Below are positions 1 through 10,623 of a stretch of 24,578 nucleotides of DNA, piece after piece. The notes under the pieces are model-generated. The model did not search any database. It saw only the letters and a list, made by a program, of their open reading frames with translations, and was not told the origin of the DNA. Position 1 is the first letter of the stretch. Each line of letters starts with the position of its first letter. This stretch comes from Octopus sinensis (lineage: Eukaryota). The DNA lies in NCBI RefSeq assembly GCF_006345805.1, contig NW_021836340.1, positions 1-24,578 of the forward strand, read 5' to 3'. The position numbers were made by a program, and so were the translations under genes.

Positions 1-9
1 TTTATATAC

Positions 10-30
10 CCTCAATATAATATAATATAT

Positions 31-72
<42 letters not shown>

Positions 73-75
73 TAT

Positions 76-125
<50 letters not shown>

Positions 126-131
126 ATATAT
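10..131. repeat. (AT)n microsatellite, imperfect
   Basis: Direct inspection. Confidence 0.95.
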
Positions 132-379
132 ATGAGAACATCAACGAGAATGAGTGAGTATTTGAAGTTTACATCATACGCGTCCAACGTCGTTTCTGTT
201 GCTTTGGCGTTTTTTTATGCCGAAAGGTACAAAATACGAATCAATGTTAGATCGATTGTAAAATTCGATATATTCAAAATCTATGCGAACGCAGTGTTAT
301 CAAGGGAACCCATAACAGCTTGAATCCAAAGCAAACTTTAGAATTGCAGGATTTATGAATCTCTGTTACACGATATATA

Positions 380-550
380 TACCAAGTTGAGGAAAAAGTT
401 CGTCCGCCGTGTTAAAATAATGATTTTTTTATGCAAGAATTTATTCAAAAACAACAACTATTCTTCAAAATAAATACCATCATTTTCCACGACCTTCTGC
501 CAACGATCTGCAAGGTTTCGGATTTGGTCAAAGTAATAATCCTTCGGCTT
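380..550 (-). mobile_element. Mariner (Tc1/mariner) transposon 3' end: transposase C-terminus plus TIR
   Basis: Minus strand 550-458 reads KPKDYYFDQIRNLADRWQKVVENDGIYFEE*, like the mariner C-terminal motif (..GI..L..RWQKV...G.YF). A TIR-like CCAAGTTGAGGAAAAAGTTCGTCCG lies at 382-406 next to TA (380-381). Confidence 0.85.
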
Positions 551-818
551 CCAGATTCCCTTTTAAGCATTTACTAACAAAACCTATTATTGGTATTAAT
601 ATGAAATCATAGTCCGGTTATAGAAGCTGGAGGTTTCGAAGCAGTTGTCCATAGATATCCTCTTTTTCTTTGATTTTCAAAGAGATATTTATATCTGTAG
701 GGCAGCTGACTTCTATAATGGTACATCCCTTTGCCCCCCTGTCCCAAACAACAATATCCGGCCTGTTAAGGTTATATCTGGCAGAAGTTTTGATGAGTAT
801 ATTCCATCAGTATTCCCA
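551..818 (-). pseudogene. Degenerate restriction-like endonuclease (RLE) domain of a non-LTR retrotransposon (R4/Dong-like)
   Basis: Minus strand reads WEY*WNILIKTSARYNLNRPDIVVWDRGAKGCTIIEVSCPTDINISLKIKEKEDIYGQLLRNLQLL*PDYDFILIPIIGFVSKCLKGNL: PD..E..K RLE catalytic motif with two in-frame stops. Confidence 0.85.
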
Positions 819-918
819 GAGTTGTATGTATGTATATATGTATGTATATGTGTGTTCGTGTGTGTGTGTGTTTATCAACACGAACACAACCGCCAACAGC
901 AACAGTGTTATATATAGT

Positions 919-1149
919 GCGGAGAGCTGGCAGAAGCGTTAGCACACCGGGCTAAATGCGTAGCCGTATCTCGTCTACCGTTACGTTCTGAGTTCAAATT
1001 CCGCCGAGGTCGACTTTGCCTTTCATCCTTTCGGGGTCGATAAATAGAGTACCAGTTTCTCACTGGGGGTCAATGTAATCGACTTTATCCCTTTGTCTGT
1101 TCTTGTTTGTCCCCTCTATGTTTAGCCCCTTGTGGGCAATAAAGAAATA
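919..1149 (+). mobile_element. tRNA-derived SINE, family A, tail type A1, near full length
   Basis: A-box-like GAGCTGGCAGAAGCG, B-box GAGTTCAAATTCC, core GCCTTTCATCCTTTCGGGGTCGATAAA, tail ending GGCAATAAAGAAATA; near-identical copy at 20429-20660. Probably one of the described octopus SINEs (OR1/OR2/OK); not assignable without alignment. Confidence 0.92.
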
Positions 1150-1327
1150 TATATAGTATGCAGTACTTAAGCAAATCCATTTAAAAAAACATAATGTGAT
1201 ATCGTAGTGTACTTTGAAAGTTGAATGAAATGTCTTCGATCTGAAGACTATGAGGATTGCCTTGAGACTAAACAGCCACAACAATGCAATTAGCAAGAAC
1301 AATATAAGCACTACAACACCAACATAC

Positions 1328-1431
1328 CAGTCTGCTGTCACTAACATCTAAACCAACGCGACCCACATGATCCCCACTACCAAACATTTGAATCCAACTG
1401 GCAACAACAGATATTGGCTTGAAATTTTGGT
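1328..1431 (-). CDS. Candidate internal coding exon (104 nt, phase 1 to 0), unknown protein
   Basis: ttcctacag acceptor and gtatgt donor; one open frame (x)QNFKPISVVASWIQMFGSGDHVGRVGLDVSDSRL. No homology recognised. Confidence 0.3.
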
Positions 1432-1445
1432 CTGTAGGAAGGCAA

Positions 1446-1494
1446 TCTCTCTCTCTCTCTCTCCCCTCTCTCTCTCTCTCTTCTCTCTCTCTCT

Positions 1495-1536
<42 letters not shown>
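1446..1536. repeat. (TC)n microsatellite
   Basis: Direct inspection. Confidence 0.95.
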
Positions 1537-1540
<4 letters not shown>

Positions 1541-1649
1541 AAAATGAAACTGAATAGAAAAATTAATTTCGCATTACAGATTTTCGTGTTACCGCCAGAT
1601 TTTCGAGGTACGTATTAATTCCTTGAAGCGAAAGATTATTGTATATATG

Positions 1650-1780
1650 TACACACACACACATACACACACACACACGCCACGCATACACATACATACA
1701 CACACACACATACTCACACACACACACACAAACACACGCACACACAAACACGCACAAACACACACACACAAACACACACA
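1650..1780. repeat. (CA)n-rich compound microsatellite
   Basis: Direct inspection. Confidence 0.9.
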
Positions 1781-2013
1781 GAAGAATAGATGCACTTAGC
1801 GCGTGACAATTTTATTGCTCAGGTTTAATCATATCAAACGCTTACGGTTGCATGATTCTATAGGTTTATATACGGCCTGAGGGGGGCCCACAACGTAATA
1901 TAAAGAGCACATCAATAACAAGGGAACCCATGGGCATAAATCTAGTATTCCTATATGTGTGTGTGTGAACGTGTGTGTGTGCATGTGTGTGTGTGCACGA
2001 GTGTGTCGTTATG

Positions 2014-2062
<49 letters not shown>

Positions 2063-2184
2063 TACATACATATACATATATACATAATTTTGATTTAAAG
2101 TGGTAAATCGAATTTTTTCCTTTAAGCTTGGAATTATTACATTCCCTAAACTATATATATATATACATATATGATTGTGTGTGT

Positions 2185-2217
<33 letters not shown>

Positions 2218-2220
<3 letters not shown>

Positions 2221-2292
2221 ATCGACTTAATCCCTTTGTCTGTCTTTGTTTGTCCCCTCTATGTTTAGTTCCTTGTGGGTAGTAAAGAAATA
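2218..2292 (+). mobile_element. SINE family A1 3' tail fragment
   Basis: GTAATCGACTTAATCCCTTTGTCTGTC...GTAAAGAAATA matches the tails of 919-1149 and 20429-20660. Confidence 0.85.
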
Positions 2293-2443
2293 TATATATA
2301 TATACATCATTAATTGTTATATAATTTTTAAATCTTCGGATTTTTTTGAATATGCTAAACCACTGGTTTAAATTGATGATGTTAATTGATTGATATCAAT
2401 TTCTACTCTCATTATTTTAATTATATATATATATATATATAAA

Positions 2444-2652
2444 TTTGACCGCATGTGTACCGTTTGCGATTTTTTTTACTCCGTCTTCCCTTCTTTGGAT
2501 CTTTCCTTTTCCTATGTGTCTGACGAAGAGCTCCGCTCGAAACGTTTAGCCCTCCTTCTTCGCTTCCTTCCTGAGCGTCCAATAATACTATATTTGTTCC
2601 ACGTCCTCGCGTTGTTGTGTTTTCTCTTTGCGTTTTCATGTTTGGATTAACT
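2444..2652 (+). mobile_element. Short non-coding Penelope-like (pLTR-derived) element carrying a hammerhead motif
   Basis: Flanked by (TA)n on both sides, contains a hammerhead core, and its 3' part recurs inverted at 7050-7134 with the same terminus GGATTAAC/TATA. Confidence 0.65.
2515..2550 (+). ncRNA. Minimal type I hammerhead ribozyme motif (Penelope-like), helix I probably degenerate
   Basis: CTGACGA (2520-2526), A, stem II GAGC-TCC-GCTC, GAAA (2539-2542), then palindromic ACGT helix III. Confidence 0.7.
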
Positions 2653-2661
2653 ATATATATA

Positions 2662-2720
<59 letters not shown>

Positions 2721-3618
2721 ATTATATAATTAGAGATAAAACCACTATTAGGGTCATCAAACAGTGAAAATCATAAGCCAATACATAGAAATAAAATCAA
2801 TGAAGAATATATAAAAAATATAAAATATAAAATTAAAAATCCATTAAAAATATTTAAATTAAAGTTAAAATTTTTAAAAATTATTTAAATTAATAATTTA
2901 AAACTTATAGATTATAAATATATGTATATTTTTTTTATTATTTTATTTAATTATTTATTTATTTTTATTTATATTTTTTATTTTTTTTTTATTTTTGTAT
3001 TTTCATATTTATTTATTTATTTATTAATATAATTTTTTTTAAAAATAAACTATCAAAAAGTATTAAAAGTTTAATATAAGATAAAGAGTAAAAACACATT
3101 GTATAAAAGGTCGTGGGTAACGCCAAAGCAATGCGAAGTAAATGCAAGGTAAATCACAAGAAAACAAATATGCGAATTAATGTGGACTTACCTTGTATTC
3201 AATAAATTGATGAATGTTGCCGATGTGCGCGCAAAAGTAAAAAATAGAAATAAATAAACCCTTGAAGGTGGCGCTGCATCATGGCTGAAACAGTTAAACT
3301 ATAAACGATAAAAGGTACATAAAAAAAGAAAGAGAGAGGGAGAGAGGGAGGGGGAGAGAGAGGCACACAAAGTGAGACAGTAAGGAAGAGAGAGAGAGAG
3401 AGAGACAAAGGAAGAAAGCGAAATGCCGATTTGTGAAGTTGATTTATGAGTTTTGAAGAAATTCATCTGACATATAATGTATATGTGGATTATTTATTTC
3501 AGTTTTTCTTTTTCTGCCCCTTTTTTTTTTTTTTTTTTTTGCAGAGCTACATCTAGACTTCGAAAAAGTCACCACTAAACGCTGACATTCTGCACTAATC
3601 GCTCAGATTCAATGAACA

Positions 3619-3900
3619 CAATAATCCCACGCGGATTTTTCTATTTTGATATATGTAAATCTATATCGCGGACTGCTCAGTATATCGCGGGTTTCTGCGG
3701 CCGATAAGTATTTACATTATTTAAATTCAAAGGATGTTTATTTTTACTTTTTCTTGAAGATTGTTTGACCATAGTGGCAGGATGACGACCGGGGCCAGCC
3801 TGTGATACACTGAGACACCTGCCGAGCCAGACCTGTTCCTCTGACGTTCCCAAGCCTTTTTGCCATTTACTGATTCTGTTTGAGACACTTTAAAGTAAGT
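3619..3900 (+). mobile_element. Possible degenerate pogo/Tigger-like DNA transposon left end
   Basis: CAATAATCCCACGCGG followed by repeated TATATCGCGG (3662-3671, 3681-3690) resembles pogo/Tigger-type ends from recall; no partner TIR found and the right boundary is arbitrary. Confidence 0.3.
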
Positions 3901-4217
3901 TACAAGTACATTATTAGCTTTAGAGTTACGATATTAGATCTTCAGAGAATGAGACAGAGAGATAGAATTTTATATATATTATTACATACATTTTCATTAT
4001 TTTTCTAATTTACTTAATCTTTACTTTTTATTTTAATTTTAACTTTTCTATTATATAAATTTTCTAGATGGTGTAATTTAATTCTTCATTTTGAATTGAT
4101 AAAAGGTTTTCTAATATTTTTTTATATATTTATTATATTGTGTGTAATTTGATTTAGTATTTCTAAATTGAATTCTTTTTCCTTGTAAGTTTGGATTTTA
4201 TTCTCTCAAATAATAAT

Positions 4218-4270
<53 letters not shown>

Positions 4271-4272
<2 letters not shown>

Positions 4273-4554
4273 AGGCGCAATGGCCCAGTGGTTAGGGAAG
4301 TGGACTCGCAGTCGGAGGATCGCGGTTTCGATTCCCAGACCGGGCGTTGTGAGTGTTTATTGAGCGAAAACACCTAAAGCTCCACGACGCTCCGGCAGGG
4401 GGTGCTGGCGAACCCTGCTGTACTCTTTCGCCACAACTTTCTCTCACTCTTTCTTCTGTTGGCCTGTCGCTTAGCCAGCGGGGTGGCGTCATTTGAAGGC
4501 TAAGACAATGCGAAGCGCATTGTGACCAGCGATGTGTAACAACATCTGATCACG

Positions 4555-4559
<5 letters not shown>
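4271..4559 (+). mobile_element. tRNA-derived SINE, family C, tail X
   Basis: Head GGAGGCGCAATGGCCCAGTGGTTAG...GGTTTCGATTCCC has A and B boxes and is shared with 8070-8543; tail CAATGCGAAGCGCATTGTGACCAGCGATG recurs at 24035-24090. Confidence 0.88.
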
Positions 4560-4588
<29 letters not shown>

Positions 4589-4592
<4 letters not shown>

Positions 4593-4683
4593 AGAGTAAC
4601 CACCATGTAGTCTACTCTAGCACTAAAAATAGATCCGCTGGGTTTCAGCCGTGCTAGAGTAGACCACATGGTCTACTCTCTTA
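4589..4683. mobile_element. About 95-bp MITE-like inverted repeat in (TA)n
   Basis: Arms 4589-4623 and 4651-4683 are reverse complements apart from a few differences; both ends are TA. Confidence 0.6.
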
Positions 4684-4919
4684 TATTTACTCTCTTATAT
4701 TTATGTATAAAATGTATCGTAATCCGGGTTTTTATGCACTAAGCCACTTGGTGTTAAATGGATGTACTATTAAACTAGTATCCAACTTTCTCACCCTCAT
4801 TAGTTGATTAAATATATATATATATTATATATATTATATATATATATATATATAAAATTCTATCTCTCTGTCTCATTCTTTGAAAATCTAATATCGTAAT
4901 TAATATATATGACATATAT

Positions 4920-5260
4920 AACCACTTTTCTTCACCGCCGCCGCCTCCTCTCCCTCTTTCTCTCTGTTTGCATCGGTGCATCTTTCTCTATATATCTCTT
5001 TCTCTGTATATCTCTATATCTTTCTCTCTCATCTATTATATACCTGACCACTTTGTGTCGCATACTCTCGACCTATGCATCTCTTGCTCGCTACGTATCG
5101 TTTGCTCTCTATGCATCTCTCTATCTTTATTTCTGCCTATCTGTTTCTACCTTTTTCATCGTCTTCATCACCATTTATCTTTCCCGCTCTCACCCTTCGT
5201 TTCTTTCCTTTACCTCTACCTCGTCATCACCGTGATCACTTCTCCTTTATTTCTTTATCT
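4920..5260. repeat. CT-rich low-complexity tract (degenerate microsatellite)
   Basis: Pyrimidine-rich with degenerate TCTC/TATC units; explains the overlapping spurious ORFs. Confidence 0.7.
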
Positions 5261-5745
5261 ATGTCGGCCTCATCACATGAGACCCTCGTTCTCTATATCA
5301 CACTTGAACTATGGTCAAACGGGGTCGACGCCTTTATGGGTTAATCGATCACACAGACACCAGCGCTTATTTTAATCTAATATTTATGTAAGAAATTAAA
5401 GATAGCTGGCAGGAATAACGAAGAAAATTATGCTTAGATTTCTTTTTGTCGTATATTTCCAACATACGTAAAATAGATCTTTCCGATTTGTTGGCGGAAT
5501 AATTCGATAAACACAAAGGCAACATGAGATTTAAGAATACAGATTTGAGGATATTATTCAAACAAAGAATGTTTAGAAGATCAACGAAGAAAAGTTTTAA
5601 AAACTGAGTTTCTAAAAATACAATTATATATATTCGGGTCTTACTATATCAGTCGGATAAAATGTGTCGCAAATATTGGTGTCAATGGTATAATTTGTGG
5701 TGTATGTGTGCGAACAGATAAATGGTCAGAAATATAGAGAAAATC

Positions 5746-5903
5746 AAGGCAGCGAGCTGGCAGAATTGTTAGCACGCCAGGAAAAATGGCTAGCGGTATT
5801 TCGGCCACCATTACGTCCTGGGTTCAAATTCCGCCAAGGTGTCGACTTTACCTTTCAGGATCGATAAACTAAGTAGCAGGCCTTGTGCTAAAATTGGAAA
5901 CCA
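5746..5903 (+). mobile_element. SINE family A (A2-type tail), diverged, internally deleted
   Basis: AAGGCAGCGAGCTGGCAGAATTGTTAGCACGCC...GGGTTCAAATTCCGCC...GGCCTTGTGC. Confidence 0.8.
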
Positions 5904-6052
5904 ATAAAGAGAAAATTAGATTTAAGCACTTGTAGTGAAACTGATAAGAACTATTTTGTGAAGAATATTTCAAAGGATAACAGCTAGATGAATTGAAGAG
6001 ATCGAGAGAGAGAGAGAAATCAGGTAAGTTAAAGTTGAACGAAACAGCTTAC

Positions 6053-6061
6053 TCGTGGCTC
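6053..6061 (-). other. Candidate 9-nt microexon GAGCCACGA
   Basis: Minus strand: tttctgcttctggccttctcttaaaccttaccag/GAGCCACGA/gtaagc. Confidence 0.25.
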
Positions 6062-6217
6062 CTGGTAAGGTTTAAGAGAAGGCCAGAAGCAGAAACGACT
6101 TTTATTCTGTTTAAATACTTAAAAAGTTGCTCGCAGACAATGATTTCTTGATTTGCTCAAATTTCAAATTCACATGGAACAACGGGGGAAATTGCCGTGC
6201 ATTGTGTGGCTGCTTAC

Positions 6218-6222
6218 CAATC
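6218..6222 (-). other. Candidate 5-nt microexon GATTG
   Basis: Minus strand: caattacttttttgtcag/GATTG/gtaagc. Confidence 0.22.
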
Positions 6223-6269
6223 CTGACAAAAAAGTAATTGGCCGATTATCTATATTTGGCTAAAATACA

Positions 6270-6384
6270 ACGTGCTCCGTCTCACAGCTATAGTAGAAGA
6301 CATTTTCCCAAGACGTCCTATCACAAGGACTGAACCTGGAACCATTTGGTTGGGCAGCAAATTTCTTCCCACACAGCCACACCT
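6270..6384 (-). mobile_element. SINE family B 5' head, old and diverged
   Basis: Reverse complement of GGTGTGGCTGTGTGGGAAG...GGTTCCAGGTTCAGTCC...GTCTTCTACTATAGC. Confidence 0.75.
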
Positions 6385-6479
6385 ACGCTTACATTTGTAA
6401 AGCTTATGAATAAGAAATATATTATATCCCATGAGTTGTGATGCAACAGTACGCATATGCACATGTGAATGTATGTGTG

Positions 6480-6530
<51 letters not shown>

Positions 6531-6743
6531 ATATATATAGATAACACCAAGTTAGGGGTTGTGGATCCAACCAACTAAGGGATAATACTTATCCAATATA
6601 CTGTTGGTATAATACCCAAATTATTAATACTCAAGTGTTTTTAATTGCAATGCAATAAACTTACTTATTGCATTAAATGGGTGAAGGTAAAGAAATATTT
6701 TACCATTAATTTATATTACAAATAAGAAAATGGAGAAACTCAC

Positions 6744-7035
6744 TAGTTGGTTTATCAGCTTCAGGATATTAGAATGTTGACTAATTTATTTATTTAACAA
6801 AAACGAGAACCTTAATAACATCCATATATACATTATAATTCAATACATATAAGATAAGAATACAATTATAAAAACCTTAATGATTCCAATAATTCATATT
6901 AAGATTTTTATGATTGTATTCTTATCTTATATGTATTGAATCATAATGTATATATGTATGTTATTAAGGTTCTCGTTTTTGTTAAATAAATAAATAATTC
7001 AACATTCTAATATCCTAAAGCGAATGAACCAACTA
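6744..7035. repeat. 292-bp imperfect palindrome (137-bp arms, 18-nt spacer)
   Basis: 6744-6880 versus 6899-7035, about 10 mismatches by manual alignment. Confidence 0.92.
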
Positions 7036-7049
7036 AATATATATATATA

Positions 7050-7134
7050 GTTAATCCAAACAAGAAAACACAGAAAGAAAACACAGCAACACGAGGACGT
7101 GGAACAATTAAAGTATTATTTGACGCTCAGGAAG
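7050..7134 (-). mobile_element. 3' fragment of the hammerhead-bearing element at 2444-2652
   Basis: Reverse complement of CTTCCTGAGCGTC...GTTCCACGTCCTCG...GTTTGGATTAAC; truncated before the ribozyme. Confidence 0.8.
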
Positions 7135-7156
7135 TATTATTTGACGCTTATATATA

Positions 7157-7846
7157 TAAGCAAGGAAAAATTGTAAAAAGGCAGAATGCTAAATTGAAAG
7201 AAAATTTTATGGTTTATGCAAATTCATATAATTAGAAAATAATATAAATAAAGTGTTAATATCTGAATGTTAAGTTAGCAAACAATTATATAAAAAAGAT
7301 AATGCAAATGAAGCTAAAATGATAATTTTATAATTTAAGGTTTATTAACACCCTTTATTACAAAAAATTGATAAACACAAATTGAAGAGCTTAAAACCCC
7401 TTATTCACAACACAGGAACTGGACTACTACTACTACTTCCTGTTTTGCCATCCACTTAAGAGACACCCTTAATTAAATTAAACAACAAATGGATTTAATC
7501 CCATTGGATTTCAATACTTCAAGTAATTTTTTCGTGAACAATCATTAAACTCAAGATACACAAAGACTTTACAATGTATCGGAGTACCTATTTTTTAATT
7601 TTTGTATATATTTATTATTATTTTTTTGCAAAAAACAATGTAATTTTCTTTTTAACCCCTCCTCACATTAAAAAAAACTTTTTTTTTACAATTCTTGAAA
7701 AGTCACATTATGACGAAAACCGGTTTGAATTAATATATATATATATATATTTTATCAATTTTTCAAAAACTTTTCCACACCCATTTTCATAAATAAAATT
7801 TTCTTTCAATTTAGCATTCGGCCTTTTTACAATTTTTCCTTGCTTA
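7157..7846. mobile_element. About 690-bp non-autonomous DNA transposon/MITE with 53-bp TIRs
   Basis: 7157-7209 and 7794-7846 match 52/53 as inverted repeats (TAAGCAAGGAAAAATTGTAAAAAGGC...); no internal coding similarity seen. Confidence 0.75.
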
Positions 7847-7950
7847 TCATTTCTCCACGTGCGGTCAACACAACCCCACCTTTATTGATGATCTATTATA
7901 TATATTGTATATATAAAAATATATATTATGGTATATGTATGTGTATATTG

Positions 7951-7992
<42 letters not shown>

Positions 7993-8069
7993 CTGTGTGT
8001 GCGTGTATGAATGTATGTGTATATAATATATATTATATATATATATATATAATATATATATATATACAT

Positions 8070-8543
8070 TTGTTGTGACGCCCTTCGGTCATGAAAAACC
8101 ATGGGATTGCACCTAGAAAGTAACCCTCCGAGGCACAAGTCCGTACAATGTTGCCTCCCCTCTCCACACCACGGATGTTATCCAAGGGAAAAGGCAGAGG
8201 CCGATACAGCTTGGCACCAGTGACATCGCAGCTCATTTATTAACATGAAAGTAGCCGAGCATTTCACAGACGCGTGTACTCTAAACGTAGCTCTCGGGGA
8301 GATTCAACCTGACACAGAGTGTGACGACCCTTTGAAATACAGGTACAACAGAAACAGGAAGAAAGAGTGAGAGAAAGGTGTGGTGAAAGAGTACAGCAGG
8401 GATCACCACCATCCCCTGCCGGAGCATCGTAGAGCTTTAGACGTTTTTGATCAATAAACACTCACAATGCCCGGTCTGGGAATCGAAACCGCGATCCTAC
8501 GACCGCGAGTCCGCCGCCCTAACCACTGGGCCATCGTGCCTCC
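8070..8543 (-). mobile_element. tRNA-derived SINE, family C head and body with tail Y
   Basis: Head matches 4271-4450, body matches 18299-18425, 3' part matches 21295-21420. Confidence 0.88.
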
Positions 8544-8599
8544 ACATATATGTGTGTGTGTATGTTGTAAAATGCTCGAAATACTAAGTAGAAAAGCAG

Positions 8600-8785
8600 C
8601 CAACAACTGATGAAGGGTCGTTTTTTTCGTGTTTCTTGTCTTGTTTCCCGTATGTTTCTTTCGTTGTTCGCAAAAAAGTTCGTATTCCATGTTTTCGTAT
8701 TTCGTATTTCATGTTGTTTTCGTATTCTATGTTTATTTTATGTTGTTTACGTTCGGTGATGTCCTGTGCCCATATATGCTTGTAT
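8600..8785 (+). mobile_element. Possible Penelope-like pLTR remnant with half a hammerhead core
   Basis: CTGATGAAGGG at 8607-8617 followed by a T-rich tract; the GAAA half of the core is missing. Confidence 0.3.
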
Positions 8786-8814
8786 ATACAGATATTCAGT
8801 GTTTCATTTATTCA

Positions 8815-9043
8815 TTCATTTACTTGTTTCAATCATTTGACTGTGGCCATGCTGGAGCACCGCCGTTAGTCGAGCAAATCTACCCCAGGACTTATTCGTT
8901 GTAAGCCTAGTACTTATTCTATCGGTCTCTTTTGCCAGAGCGCTAATTTACGGGGACATCGACACACCAGCATCGGTTGTCAAGCAATGTTGGGGGTCAA
9001 ACACAGACACGCAAACACAGACACACACACACACATACATACA

Positions 9044-9077
<34 letters not shown>

Positions 9078-9238
9078 CATATATATACATTTATACGACG
9101 GGCTTCTTTCAGTTTCCGTCTACTAAATTCACTCACAAGGCTTTGGTCAGCCCGATGCTATAGCAGAAGACACTTGCCCAAGGGGCTACGCAGTGGGACT
9201 GTACCCGGAACCATGTGGTTCATAAGCAAGCTCGTTAC
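8815..9238 (-). mobile_element. SINE family B, near full length (extreme 5' end missing)
   Basis: Reverse complement of the full copy at 14415-14843, including the internal microsatellite. Confidence 0.92.
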
Positions 9239-9389
9239 ATTCTGTGTATATAGATACGTACATTCTTACATACATGCATATACATGCACATATGCACATA
9301 GACGCATATACTACGCGTATGTCTGTGCATGTTTGTATGTCTGTACATACATATGTATATATGCATATGTGCATGCACGTTTGAACGTA

Positions 9390-9630
<241 letters not shown>

Positions 9631-10194
9631 GTATGTAGTTGTACATATATATATGCACAAAGAGAGAATGAGCTCGGTCGTGATTACCTGGTAAAAATTA
9701 AGAATAAATATTTGCTTTAATATTAATTTCGATTTAAGAATTTGAATTAAGGTGTAAAGAATTTTACGGAACGAATATTTTTGATATTCTATAGAATTCT
9801 CTGAAATGTCAAATACGAAAGAAACAATTTAATGGAATGAGAAAGAATGCTTAATGATATAATCCAATTGAACAGCAGAATATTATTGTACACATAGCAA
9901 TGGCGAAAAATAATACATGGCTTAACATCATATGCGAGAAAAGCTAATGTATATTCAACATTTATCCACGTTTTCTAAATATGAATATTCATGATATACC
10001 AAAATGAAGCTAAAACAAAATGAAACTCTCTTCAGATTTATGGTTATTCGTGTATTTCGTTAAACTGATGTGGAAATTAACGGTTAAATATTCCATCGGC
10101 GCCATTGTTCAAATTGTTGTGCGTTGTATGAACGCTCAGCTAACGACTACCGTATATCCTCGTGTATATGTCGTACTATTTTGTACTTGATTTT

Positions 10195-10519
10195 AATAAT
10201 AATAATAATATTAATAATAATAATGATAATAATAATGATGGTGATGATAATAATAATGATAATAATAATAATAATAATAATGATAATAATAATGATAATA
10301 GTAATAATAATAATAATAATAATAATAGTAATAATAATAATAATAATAATAGTAATAATAATAATAATAATAATAGTAGTAATAATAATAGTAATAATAA
10401 TAGTAATAATAGTAATAATAATATTAATAATAATAATAATAATAATAATAGTAATAATAATAATAATAATAGTAATAATAATAATAATAATAGTAATAAT
10501 AATAATAATTATAATATTA

Positions 10520-10561
<42 letters not shown>

Positions 10562-10576
10562 GTAATAATAATAATA

Positions 10577-10618
<42 letters not shown>

Positions 10619-10623
10619 TTAAT
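10195..10623. repeat. (AAT)n microsatellite with GAT and AGT variant units
   Basis: Direct inspection. Confidence 0.97.

Noticed and set aside
1060-1347. Hydrophobic 95-aa ORF resembling a membrane protein
   Set aside because: Its end runs through a SINE, and the hydrophobicity follows from reading an ACA/AAC-rich strand backwards; no family recognised.
2790-3080. Extremely AT-rich tract, A-rich then T-rich, hinting at a hairpin
   Set aside because: No alignable arms by eye; low complexity or possibly poor consensus quality.
4271-4345. tRNA-like sequences at SINE heads (also 8470-8543, 14415-14490, 21490-21560)
   Set aside because: They have A and B boxes but no convincing acceptor stem, and they continue into SINE bodies; not called as tRNA genes.
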